A stretch of DNA of 32,000 bases, taken from positions 12,781 to 44,780 of the forward strand of contig CAJFTX010000067.1 of NCBI GenBank assembly GCA_904420075.1. Reading direction: 5' to 3'. The position numbers were made by a program, and so were the translations under genes. This document shows positions 26,011 to 32,000 of the stretch, piece after piece (positions within the stretch are counted from its first letter, which is position 1; the number at the start of each line of letters is the position of its first letter). Origin of the DNA: an uncultured Clostridia bacterium. GTDB lineage: Bacteria > Bacillota > Clostridia > Oscillospirales > Feifaniaceae. Below the pieces are notes generated by a model. It did not search any database and was not told the origin of the DNA. It saw only the letters and a program-made list of their open reading frames with translations.

Positions 26011-26037
26011 TATAGGATAGTTCCGGCAGAATTTCAA
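26009..26037 (-). promoter_or_regulatory. sigma-70-type promoter of the fab/acc cluster
   Basis: On the minus strand: TTGAAA (26037-26032), a 17-nt spacer, then TATACT (26014-26009). This lies about 35 nt upstream of the MarR-like gene. Confidence 0.7.
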
Positions 26038-26118
26038 TAGTTTGGGTGAGGTTTTCAGAGAAAATTCAAAAAGAGGGGGCGGCCGCGCCTCCCCCAAAGT
26101 ATAGCAGAGCTCCCGGCG

Positions 26119-27192
26119 CTATTTTGTCGAAAGTTCGCGGCGGATGTGCGAGACAAAGGCAGCAATCGGGTCGAGCTCGGTGTGGGTGTAGAGCATCCGG
26201 GCGCCCACCACGTCCTCCAGCTCGTTCAAAAGATACCGCTCCCCGTCCCGCAGGAAATCCGCGCCCGCGTAGTCGAAATCCGCAAGCGCGCGCACCCGCT
26301 CTACCGCCTCCCGCAGCGCGGGCGGGGGGAGGAGTCTGCGCGCCTCGCCGCCGAGACAGAAGTTGGAGCGGAAGTCTCCCGGGGCGCCGCGGCGCTCCAT
26401 CGCCGCAAGCAGCTCGCCCCCCAGGAGATAGACCCGCACATCCACGCCGCGCTCCCCCGTGGGCGGCTGGAGGACGGGCGCGTCCGGCGCGAGCGCGCGC
26501 ACGGCGGCGCGGACCTCGTCCTCCGTCCCACAGAGGGACACCCCCCGTCCCCCGTGTCCGCGGGCGGGCTTGACAACCAGCGGCAGAGAGAACCTCGCGA
26601 GCGCGAGCGCGACCGTACGGGAGAGCAAGTTCCCCGCACAGGCCGCGCAGGACCGGCTCCCGTGTCCCGGCAGGGCCTCTGTGTCTGCGCAGGGCGGCGT
26701 TTCGCCGCCCCCGTCCGAACACTGTGCCGCGCTCTCGCACCATTCCCCCCTCACAGCGGCCTCGGAGGAGCGGCCTGCGGCATCCCCCGTTCCGGAGGAC
26801 TCCCGGGATATGGCCGGGGCAATCGCGCCGCCGTCCAAAAAGAGCGGCTCCCCCCCGTAGCAAAACACGCTCGGGACGTGCGCGATTCCCGCCTGCGCCG
26901 CGCGCAGATAGGTCTCCCGCTTGTCGTTGCAGAGCGCGCTCACGGCGGCGCTGTTAAACACTCGCACCCCGAGCGCCTCAAGCGCCCGGGAGAGCGGCGG
27001 ATTCATCGTCCGCACCAGCGCAAAGGAGGGCGCGCCCGGCAGGGCCCGCTCGAGCGCTCCGCGCCGGAGCGCCGGAAGAAGCGCCTCCTCATACACAAGT
27101 GAAAGCTCCCCCGCAAACGCCTCGAGATACCGCCGCACCGCGGCGCGGTTCCGCTCCGCCTCCCGCCGCGGATAGATGAGAATGCCGTACAT
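26119..27192 (-). CDS. RimK/LysX-type ATP-grasp ligase with a Cys-rich low-complexity insertion
   Basis: It aligns to RimK: NDKRETYLRAAQAGIAHVP, PLVVKPARGHGGRGVSL, GVDVRVYLLGGELLAAMERRGAPGDFRSNFCLGG, YAGADFLRDGERYLLNELE. About 65-70 extra residues (roughly aa 120-187) include WCESAAQCSDGGGETPPCADTEALPGHGSRSCAACAG. RBS is GGAGGAGGG. Confidence 0.85.
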   Translation of the reverse strand: MYGILIYPRREAERNRAAVRRYLEAFAGELSLVYEEALLPALRRGALERALPGAPSFALVRTMNPPLSRALEALGVRVFNSAAVSALCNDKRETYLRAAQAGIAHVPSVFCYGGEPLFLDGGAIAPAISRESSGTGDAAGRSSEAAVRGEWCESAAQCSDGGGETPPCADTEALPGHGSRSCAACAGNLLSRTVALALARFSLPLVVKPARGHGGRGVSLCGTEDEVRAAVRALAPDAPVLQPPTGERGVDVRVYLLGGELLAAMERRGAPGDFRSNFCLGGEARRLLPPPALREAVERVRALADFDYAGADFLRDGERYLLNELEDVVGARMLYTHTELDPIAAFVSHIRRELSTK

Positions 27193-27324
27193 CTGATTCC
27201 CTCCTCCGGCCCCTGCGGGCCGCGACCTGATATGACAAGATTTCCTCCGCCTCCCCTGCGGCGCGCAGGCGAGGGTTCCCCGTACCCGCCACGGCGGACA
27301 CGTCCGGCCGATCGCAGGCCGGCG

Positions 27325-28692
27325 CTACACGCTCCGCCCCAGCACGAGATCGAGAATCGGCTCCGCAGCGTTCACCCCGGTGAGGTCGAAGAGATTTTTA
27401 AAATGGGCGTTGGAGTTGACCTCGCAGACGAGATAGCCCTCCTCCCCGAAGAGGAGGTCCACCCCCGCGAAGTCGCATCCGAGCGCCTGCGCCGCGCGCA
27501 GCGCAAGCGTCTCGGCCTCCCGGTCCGGCGTGAAGGGCAGCATGCTGCCGCCGCTTGTGAGTCCCGCGCGGAAGTCCCCCTCCCGGCCCCGGCGCTCCAT
27601 CGCGGCGACCACTCTGCCGCCCACCACCTGGAGCCGCAGATCCCGCCCCGCACTCTCCCCCACGAATTCCGACACGAGGAAGGGCCGCGGCGCAATGCTC
27701 CCGCAGAGGGCGACAAGCTCCTCTCTGCTCTTCGCGAGATATACCTGCGCGCCGAACGAGCCGAACGCCTCCTTCACCACCACCGGGTAGGCAAAGAGCG
27801 CCTCCACCCCGCGCGCAAACGGCACAAAGTCGCACGGGCCAAAGACGAGCGGCCCCATCACCGTCCTCGGCATCGGAATCCCGGCGGCGGAGAGCGCCTC
27901 GTGGGTCAGCCGTTTGTCGTCGCACAGCTCGATCGCCCGCGCGGAGTTGTAGACGCGGAGCCCCGCCCGCTCGATCGCTCGCGCGAGAAGCACATCCTTG
28001 TCCCAGAAGAGGACGAACTCTGCACCCCGGAGCTGCTCGGGCAGCGGCTCTCCGGGGGCGGCAGTCCCCGGGGACGCGAGCGGCGGCGGGCCCGCAGTTC
28101 CCTCCGATGCAGCGTACGCCTCCGCGCCGTCCGGAGCCGGACGGGCGCTGCGGACGGCTTCCTCCCGGCCCGGCTCCTCCTCCCAAGAGCGTCCGGGGCC
28201 GCGTCTCCCTCCGAGCAGCCGCCCCATCTCCCGGGCGCTCCGCTGCCCCGGTAGGCCGGAGACCGCGCCGCCGAAGAGGGTCATTCCTCCGAGCGTCCCG
28301 GCCCCAAAGAGCAGCCCGCGCCGCGGGGCGGGGCGGGCCTCCGGCCCGAGCGGATTTCCCGGGGAGGTCCGTCTCTCAGTCCCTCCCCGACACCCTCGGG
28401 AAGCGGCCGCCGCACCCTCCGCGAAGGGGCTCTGCCCCCCGTGCGCAGGCGGCCTCTCGCCGCGCGCGTCTCCGCAGCTCTCACCCGGAGCAGACGGTCC
28501 CTGTCCGCCGTCCTTTGCGGTCCCCTCTCGGGCGGCGGGCGTCCGTCCGCCCACCGGGAGAACGAGCTCGGTATTTCTCACGAGCGTGAGCTCCGCGCCG
28601 CGCTCCGCCGCAGCCGTCTCCAACAGCCGGTAGAGCTCCTCAAATTTCTCGCTGCGCAGCGAGCCGTTTCCCACCAGCACGCCTTTTCGCAT
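27325..28692 (-). CDS. RimK/LysX-type ATP-grasp ligase with an insertion of about 175 aa of Gly/Ala/Pro/Arg-rich sequence in the N-terminal domain
   Basis: The N-terminus MRKGVLVGNGSLRSEKFEELYRLLETAAAERGAELTLV and the C-terminal 230 aa align to RimK/LysX. C-terminal matches: DDKRLTHEALSAAGIPMP, YPVVVKEAFGSFGAQVYL, GRDLRLQVVGGRVVAAMERRGREGDFRAGLTSGG, FAGVDLLFGEEGYLVCEVNSNAHFKN. Residues about 48-222 are low-complexity and in frame. Start is ATG 28692 with RBS GGAGGTGGAAAG; the track start 28905 is an extension. Confidence 0.8.
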   Translation of the reverse strand: MRKGVLVGNGSLRSEKFEELYRLLETAAAERGAELTLVRNTELVLPVGGRTPAAREGTAKDGGQGPSAPGESCGDARGERPPAHGGQSPFAEGAAAASRGCRGGTERRTSPGNPLGPEARPAPRRGLLFGAGTLGGMTLFGGAVSGLPGQRSAREMGRLLGGRRGPGRSWEEEPGREEAVRSARPAPDGAEAYAASEGTAGPPPLASPGTAAPGEPLPEQLRGAEFVLFWDKDVLLARAIERAGLRVYNSARAIELCDDKRLTHEALSAAGIPMPRTVMGPLVFGPCDFVPFARGVEALFAYPVVVKEAFGSFGAQVYLAKSREELVALCGSIAPRPFLVSEFVGESAGRDLRLQVVGGRVVAAMERRGREGDFRAGLTSGGSMLPFTPDREAETLALRAAQALGCDFAGVDLLFGEEGYLVCEVNSNAHFKNLFDLTGVNAAEPILDLVLGRSV

Positions 28693-28993
28693 CTTTCCAC
28701 CTCCAAAACGTCGTTCCCCGCGCGGGGCGCTCTCTTTTTTCTCTGCACAGAACAGCGAGAGGGTACAGCCCCAGGGCTCCCTGCGTCTCCGCGTTCGCAG
28801 AGACGCCGTCCGAAAACGCGGGCGCAGGATGCCGCACGCGCAGCTCTTCCCCGCGGCGCACACTTCCGCCGGGGCGGGGAGGAGACGCCGCATACGCATT
28901 TCCATCCCGCGGTGGACATTCCCCCTCCAGCTACGCCGGTCCGCACTCTTCCCGGCTCCGTCCCCGCACAGCGGCAGAGAACTTTCTCCTCCG

Positions 28994-29031
28994 AAAAAAG
29001 GGACGGCGGCGCATCCCCGCGCCTCCGTCCC
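28994..29031 (-). terminator. rho-independent terminator of purD
   Basis: 13-bp stem with one mismatch (gggacggcggcgc / gcgcctccgtccc), starting 10 nt after the purD stop. It is followed by U6 on the minus-strand transcript (plus-strand A6 at 28994-28999). Confidence 0.8.
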
Positions 29032-29040
29032 CCGAGCCCT

Positions 29041-30300
29041 CTATTTTACGCCGATATCCCGCCGGAAATGCGCGTCCTTGAAGCGCACCTGTTCCACATA
29101 GCGGTAGGCCGCCTCGATCGCGCGGTCAAGATCACGCTCGACCGCGGTGACGCCGAGCACCCGGCCGCCGTTTGTGAGGATCTGCTCCCCCTCGCGTTTT
29201 GTGCCCGAGTGGAAAACGAGCGCGCCCGCCTCGCGGGCCTTCTCAATCCCCTCGATCGGATAGCCGGTCTGATACTTCTCCGGATAGCCGCCCGAGGCGA
29301 GGATGACGCAGACGGCCGCATTGTCCGAGAAGTGGATCTCGGTCTCCGCGAGCTTGCCGTCCACCACCGCCTCGAAGATGGTGAGAAGGTCGCTTGTGAG
29401 CCGCGGGAGCACCACCTGGGTCTCCGGGTCGCCGAAGCGCGCGTTGTACTCGATCACCTTCGGGCCGTCTTTTGTGATCATCAGTCCGAAGTAGAGCACC
29501 CCCTTGAAGGGCCGCCCCTCCGCCTTCATCGCCTTCACCGTCGGCAGGAAGATCTCCTCCATGCAGCGGGCGGCGAGCGCCTCATCGTAGATCCGGCTGG
29601 GGCTGAAGGTGCCCATGCCGCCGGTGTTCTTGCCCTTATCGCCGTCGAGCGCGCGCTTGTGATCCTGGGCCGACACCATCGGCACCACCGTCTCCCCGTC
29701 GCAGAAGGAGAGCACCGAGACCTCGGGCCCGGTCAAAAACTCCTCGATGACCACCCGGGCGCCCGCGTCGCCGAAGGCGCGGTCCCGCATGATGGTGTTC
29801 ACAGCATTCTCCGCCTCGGCCATGTCCTGCGCGATGATAACCCCCTTGCCGAGAGCGAGCCCGTCCGCCTTGACGACGGTCGGGAAGCTCCCCTGCTCCC
29901 GGATGTAGGCGATCGCCGCGTCCGCGCTGTCAAACGTCTCATAGCGCGCGGTGGGGATGCCGTACTTCTTCATCAGGTTCTTCGCGAAGACCTTGCTGCC
30001 CTCGATCTCGGCCGCATTTTTCCGCGGGCCGAAGGCGCGGATGCCCGCCGCCTCCAGCGCGTCCACCATGCCGAGGTAGAGCGGGTCGTCCGGCGCGACC
30101 ACCACAAAGTCGATCCTCTCCTCTTTCGCAAAGGAGACCATCCCCTCGATATCGGTCGCTTTCACCGGTACGCACTGCGCGAGCTCCGCAATTCCCGCGT
30201 TGCCCGGCGCGCAGTAGAGTTTTTCGATTCGATCGCTCTTTGCGAGCGCCCAGACGATGGCGTGCTCTCTGCCGCCCCCGCCGACTACAAGTACTCTCAT
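29041..30300 (-). CDS. purD: phosphoribosylamine-glycine ligase
   Basis: MRVLVVGGGGREHAIVWAL, VVKADGLALGKGV, EEFLTGPEVSVLSF, GPKVIEYNARFGDPETQ. RBS is AGGAG. Confidence 0.96.
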   Translation of the reverse strand: MRVLVVGGGGREHAIVWALAKSDRIEKLYCAPGNAGIAELAQCVPVKATDIEGMVSFAKEERIDFVVVAPDDPLYLGMVDALEAAGIRAFGPRKNAAEIEGSKVFAKNLMKKYGIPTARYETFDSADAAIAYIREQGSFPTVVKADGLALGKGVIIAQDMAEAENAVNTIMRDRAFGDAGARVVIEEFLTGPEVSVLSFCDGETVVPMVSAQDHKRALDGDKGKNTGGMGTFSPSRIYDEALAARCMEEIFLPTVKAMKAEGRPFKGVLYFGLMITKDGPKVIEYNARFGDPETQVVLPRLTSDLLTIFEAVVDGKLAETEIHFSDNAAVCVILASGGYPEKYQTGYPIEGIEKAREAGALVFHSGTKREGEQILTNGGRVLGVTAVERDLDRAIEAAYRYVEQVRFKDAHFRRDIGVK

Positions 30301-30412
30301 ATGTTTTCTCCTTTTTCTGTGGGTGAGGTGTCTCGCGCTTTACAGGGGCGTTTGAGCCCCGCGATCAGCCCGCAAAAGCGGCTCCTTCCGCAACCTTCCC
30401 GCCGCAGCGGAA

Positions 30413-30430
30413 CGCCCTGTTTTTTGCTCC
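30413..30430. repeat. short repeat, copy 1 (cgccctgttttttgctcc)
   Basis: The 15-nt core cctgttttttgctcc is identical at 30416-30430 and 30768-30782. Confidence 0.8.
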
Positions 30431-30493
30431 ACTGCCCGCGCTGCGGGGCTCCCAGTAGTTGCCGGCCCGTCAAGTGCCGCGCTCCGTCCAGCT

Positions 30494-30524
30494 GCTCGCT
30501 TGCACGCCCCTGCGGCCGCAGTGC
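30494..30524. repeat. 31-nt palindrome-containing repeat, copy 1
   Basis: gctcgcttgcacgcccctgcggccgcagtgc. It is 29/31 identical to 30729-30759 and contains the palindrome ctgcggccgcag. Confidence 0.85.
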
Positions 30525-30525
30525 G

Positions 30526-30557
30526 GTTACTCTTTTTTTGTGCGAAAAAAGAGTAAC
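30526..30557. repeat. perfect 13-bp inverted repeat / hairpin
   Basis: gttactctttttt (30526-30538) and aaaaaagagtaac (30545-30557) with a 6-nt loop. Flanking gcgg/ccgc extends the stem. It has a bidirectional-terminator-like shape and lies in the middle of the purH-purD spacer. Confidence 0.75.
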
Positions 30558-30728
30558 ACCGCCTCCATTTTGGGAGAAGTCTCGCCGGAACCGCGGCAGT
30601 GGTGGGAACAAGGCCAACTACAGCGACTCTCAATCACGCCTCGCCGCCTCCGCGACGCGGAATAAGTCCTCGCTCGCAAAAAATGCCGCGCTGACTACGA
30701 CTCGTAGGGAGCCGAGCTGCGCTCGGTT

Positions 30729-30759
30729 GCTCGCTTGTACGCGCCTGCGGCCGCAGTGC
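30729..30759. repeat. 31-nt palindrome-containing repeat, copy 2
   Basis: gctcgcttgtacgcgcctgcggccgcagtgc, 29/31 identical to copy 1. Confidence 0.85.
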
Positions 30760-30764
30760 CGTCA

Positions 30765-30782
30765 GCGCCTGTTTTTTGCTCC
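30765..30782. repeat. short repeat, copy 2 (gcgcctgttttttgctcc)
   Basis: See copy 1. Here it directly follows 31-nt repeat copy 2. Confidence 0.8.
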
Positions 30783-30814
30783 GGCCCAAGAGCCCGCCTC
30801 CGGCGGGTTGGCCT

Positions 30815-30839
30815 CTGCACGCGCCTGCGGGCGCAGTGC
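30815..30839. repeat. palindrome-containing repeat, shorter third copy
   Basis: ctgcacgcgcctgcgggcgcagtgc shares acgcgcctgcgg.cgcagtgc with copies 1 and 2. Confidence 0.7.
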
Positions 30840-30897
30840 TCCGCCGGCCGCCTGTGCCCCGAAGGGGTATATTTCCCTGCTACGCGGCACGGCGCAC

Positions 30898-32000
30898 TTA
30901 GTGTTTAAAGTGCCGCATCCCGGTGAACACCATCGCAATGCCGTATTCGTCGCACGCCTTGATCGAGTCCTCGTCGCGGATCGAGCCGCCCGGCTGGATG
31001 ATCGCCGTGATGCCCGCCTCGTGCGCGCACTTGACACAGTCGTCAAACGGGAAGAACGCATCCGAGCCCATCACCGAGCCTGCCGCCCTGTCGCCCGCGT
31101 ACTTCACCGCGAGCTCCAGCGCCGTGATCCGGTTGGTCTGGCCCGGGCCGACGCCCACGGTGCCGTTCTCCTTCACAAGGCAGATGCCGTTGCTCTTGAC
31201 GTGCTTGACCACCTTCATCGCAAACTTCAGCTGCTCCATCTCCGCCTCGGTCGGCGCGCGCTTTGTGACCACCTTCAGATTGTTCTCGTCAAAGCTCTCG
31301 CAGTCGAGCTGCTGCACGAGCAGCCCGCCCGCGACCTTCTTCATGTCGAGCATCGAGGGGTTGTTCTTCTTTGTGATCTCCGGCAGCTCCAGAAGCCGGA
31401 TGTTCTTCTTCTTCTCAAGGATCTCGAGCGCGTCCGCGTCAAACGAGGGGGCGATGATGATCTCGAGGAAGATCTTCGAAAGCTCCTCCGCCGTCTTTTT
31501 GTCCACCGGGCGGTTGAGCGCCACAATGCCGCCGAAGATCGAGACCGGGTCGGACTCATACGCCTTCATGTACGCGTCATAGATGTTGTCCGCAAGGCCC
31601 ACGCCGCAGGGGTTCGCGTGCTTCACCGCGACCGCGCAGGGGCCGTCGAACTCCTTTAGGCAGTCGAGCGCGCCGTTTGCGTCGTTGATGTTGTTGTAGG
31701 AGAGCTCCTTGCCGTGCAGCTGCTTCGCGGCGGCCAGCGTCCCCTCGTAGCCCTTGCCGATCTCCTTATAGAAGGCGGCCTTCTGATGCGGGTTCTCGCC
31801 GTAGCGCATCTCCTGCACCTTCTCATAGGTCATTGTGAACTTCTCGGGGAAGGGGCTCTCCCCCGCCTCGCGTCTGAGGTAGTTCGCGATCAGGCTGTCA
31901 TACTGCGCGGTGTGCTCAAAGACGGCGCGCATCAGCCGGCCCTTCGTCTCGCGGCTGACCTCGCCCGACTTCTCGAGCTCGGCCGCCACCACCTCGTAGT
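30898..32000 (-). CDS. purH: bifunctional AICAR transformylase / IMP cyclohydrolase, C-terminal (AICARFT) part; 5' end lies beyond the window
   Basis: [66 protein letters not shown], and the characteristic C-terminus [11 protein letters not shown]. The frame is still open at base 32000. Confidence 0.93.
   Translation of the reverse strand, partial: YEVVAAELEKSGEVSRETKGRLMRAVFEHTAQYDSLIANYLRREAGESPFPEKFTMTYEKVQEMRYGENPHQKAAFYKEIGKGYEGTLAAAKQLHGKELSYNNINDANGALDCLKEFDGPCAVAVKHANPCGVGLADNIYDAYMKAYESDPVSIFGGIVALNRPVDKKTAEELSKIFLEIIIAPSFDADALEILEKKKNIRLLELPEITKKNNPSMLDMKKVAGGLLVQQLDCESFDENNLKVVTKRAPTEAEMEQLKFAMKVVKHVKSNGICLVKENGTVGVGPGQTNRITALELAVKYAGDRAAGSVMGSDAFFPFDDCVKCAHEAGITAIIQPGGSIRDEDSIKACDEYGIAMVFTGMRHFKH

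Noticed and set aside
27089-27301. 70-aa minus-strand ORF spanning the gap between the two ATP-grasp genes, considered as a possible LysW-like carrier
   Set aside because: It overlaps the start of the downstream ligase in another frame. It has no RBS, no zinc-ribbon Cys pairs and no acidic C-terminal tail. Its composition is Arg/Ala/Gly-rich noise.
28830-28860. T-box-like word (gtccaccgcggga on the minus strand) in the ATP-grasp leader
   Set aside because: Only ACCGCG matches the T-box consensus GGGTGGTACCGCG. The word is about 150 nt from the nearest terminator-like hairpin. No specifier-loop or AGAGA/F-box elements were seen.
30585-30615. ZTP (pfl) riboswitch-like GGTGGGAAC word in the pur spacer
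   Set aside because: It is on the plus strand, antisense to purD. The CCGCCTGGGC 3' subdomain is missing on both strands.
30494-30839. Possible CRISPR array formed by the 31-nt repeats
   Set aside because: There are only 2-3 copies with irregular spacing (about 204 and 55 nt between units). The repeats are embedded in other repeats, there are no cas genes, and the units have REP-like palindromic character.
28441-31659. 1072-aa plus-strand ORF, and similar long plus-strand ORFs (17942..19717, 13865..15229, 11487..12812, 20393..21658, 16722..17735, 22401..23360, 1430..2347)
   Set aside because: All lie antisense to genes with unambiguous conserved motifs (purD/purH, accC, birA, dapL, fabF, accDA, fabD, DUF4417). 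Their products are Arg/Pro/Ala/His-rich low-complexity strings. Long stop-free antisense frames are expected in high-GC coding DNA.

Overview
High-GC Clostridia-type chromosomal segment in which every confident gene except one LysR regulator is on the minus strand. The taxon is inferred from gene content and order only. I recognised no rRNA, tRNA, CRISPR array, or intact transposase or integrase.

Gene content, left to right:
- An AT-richer accessory patch (about 1-2500). It holds decayed gene fragments and a three-gene cassette: DUF4417-like protein, then a Gly-linker plus Ntox50-like toxin domain, then a small acidic immunity-like protein.
- A VanRS-like two-component system.
- A PMCA-type P-type Ca2+ ATPase.
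- A split chromate-transporter pair with a divergent LysR regulator.
- A dapF-dapL operon ending in a 5'-nucleotidase-like protein whose metal and catalytic residues are all substituted.
- birA and degV.
- A complete type II fatty-acid synthesis and acetyl-CoA carboxylase cluster: MarR/FabT-like regulator, fabH, acpP, fabK, fabD, fabG, fabF, accB, fabZ, accC, and a fused accD-accA.
- Two tandem RimK/LysX-type ATP-grasp ligases carrying large low-complexity insertions.
- purD and the 3' part of purH, separated by about 600 bp of GC-rich palindromic repeats.

Relatives of those repeats also occur in other unusually long intergenic spacers of the window.

Best candidates for something new:
- the DUF4417 / toxin / immunity cassette;
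- the insertion-bearing ATP-grasp pair;
- the degenerate nucleotidase-like protein;
- the dispersed palindromic repeat family.

The many long plus-strand ORFs in the track are antisense shadows of real genes, as expected in high-GC DNA.
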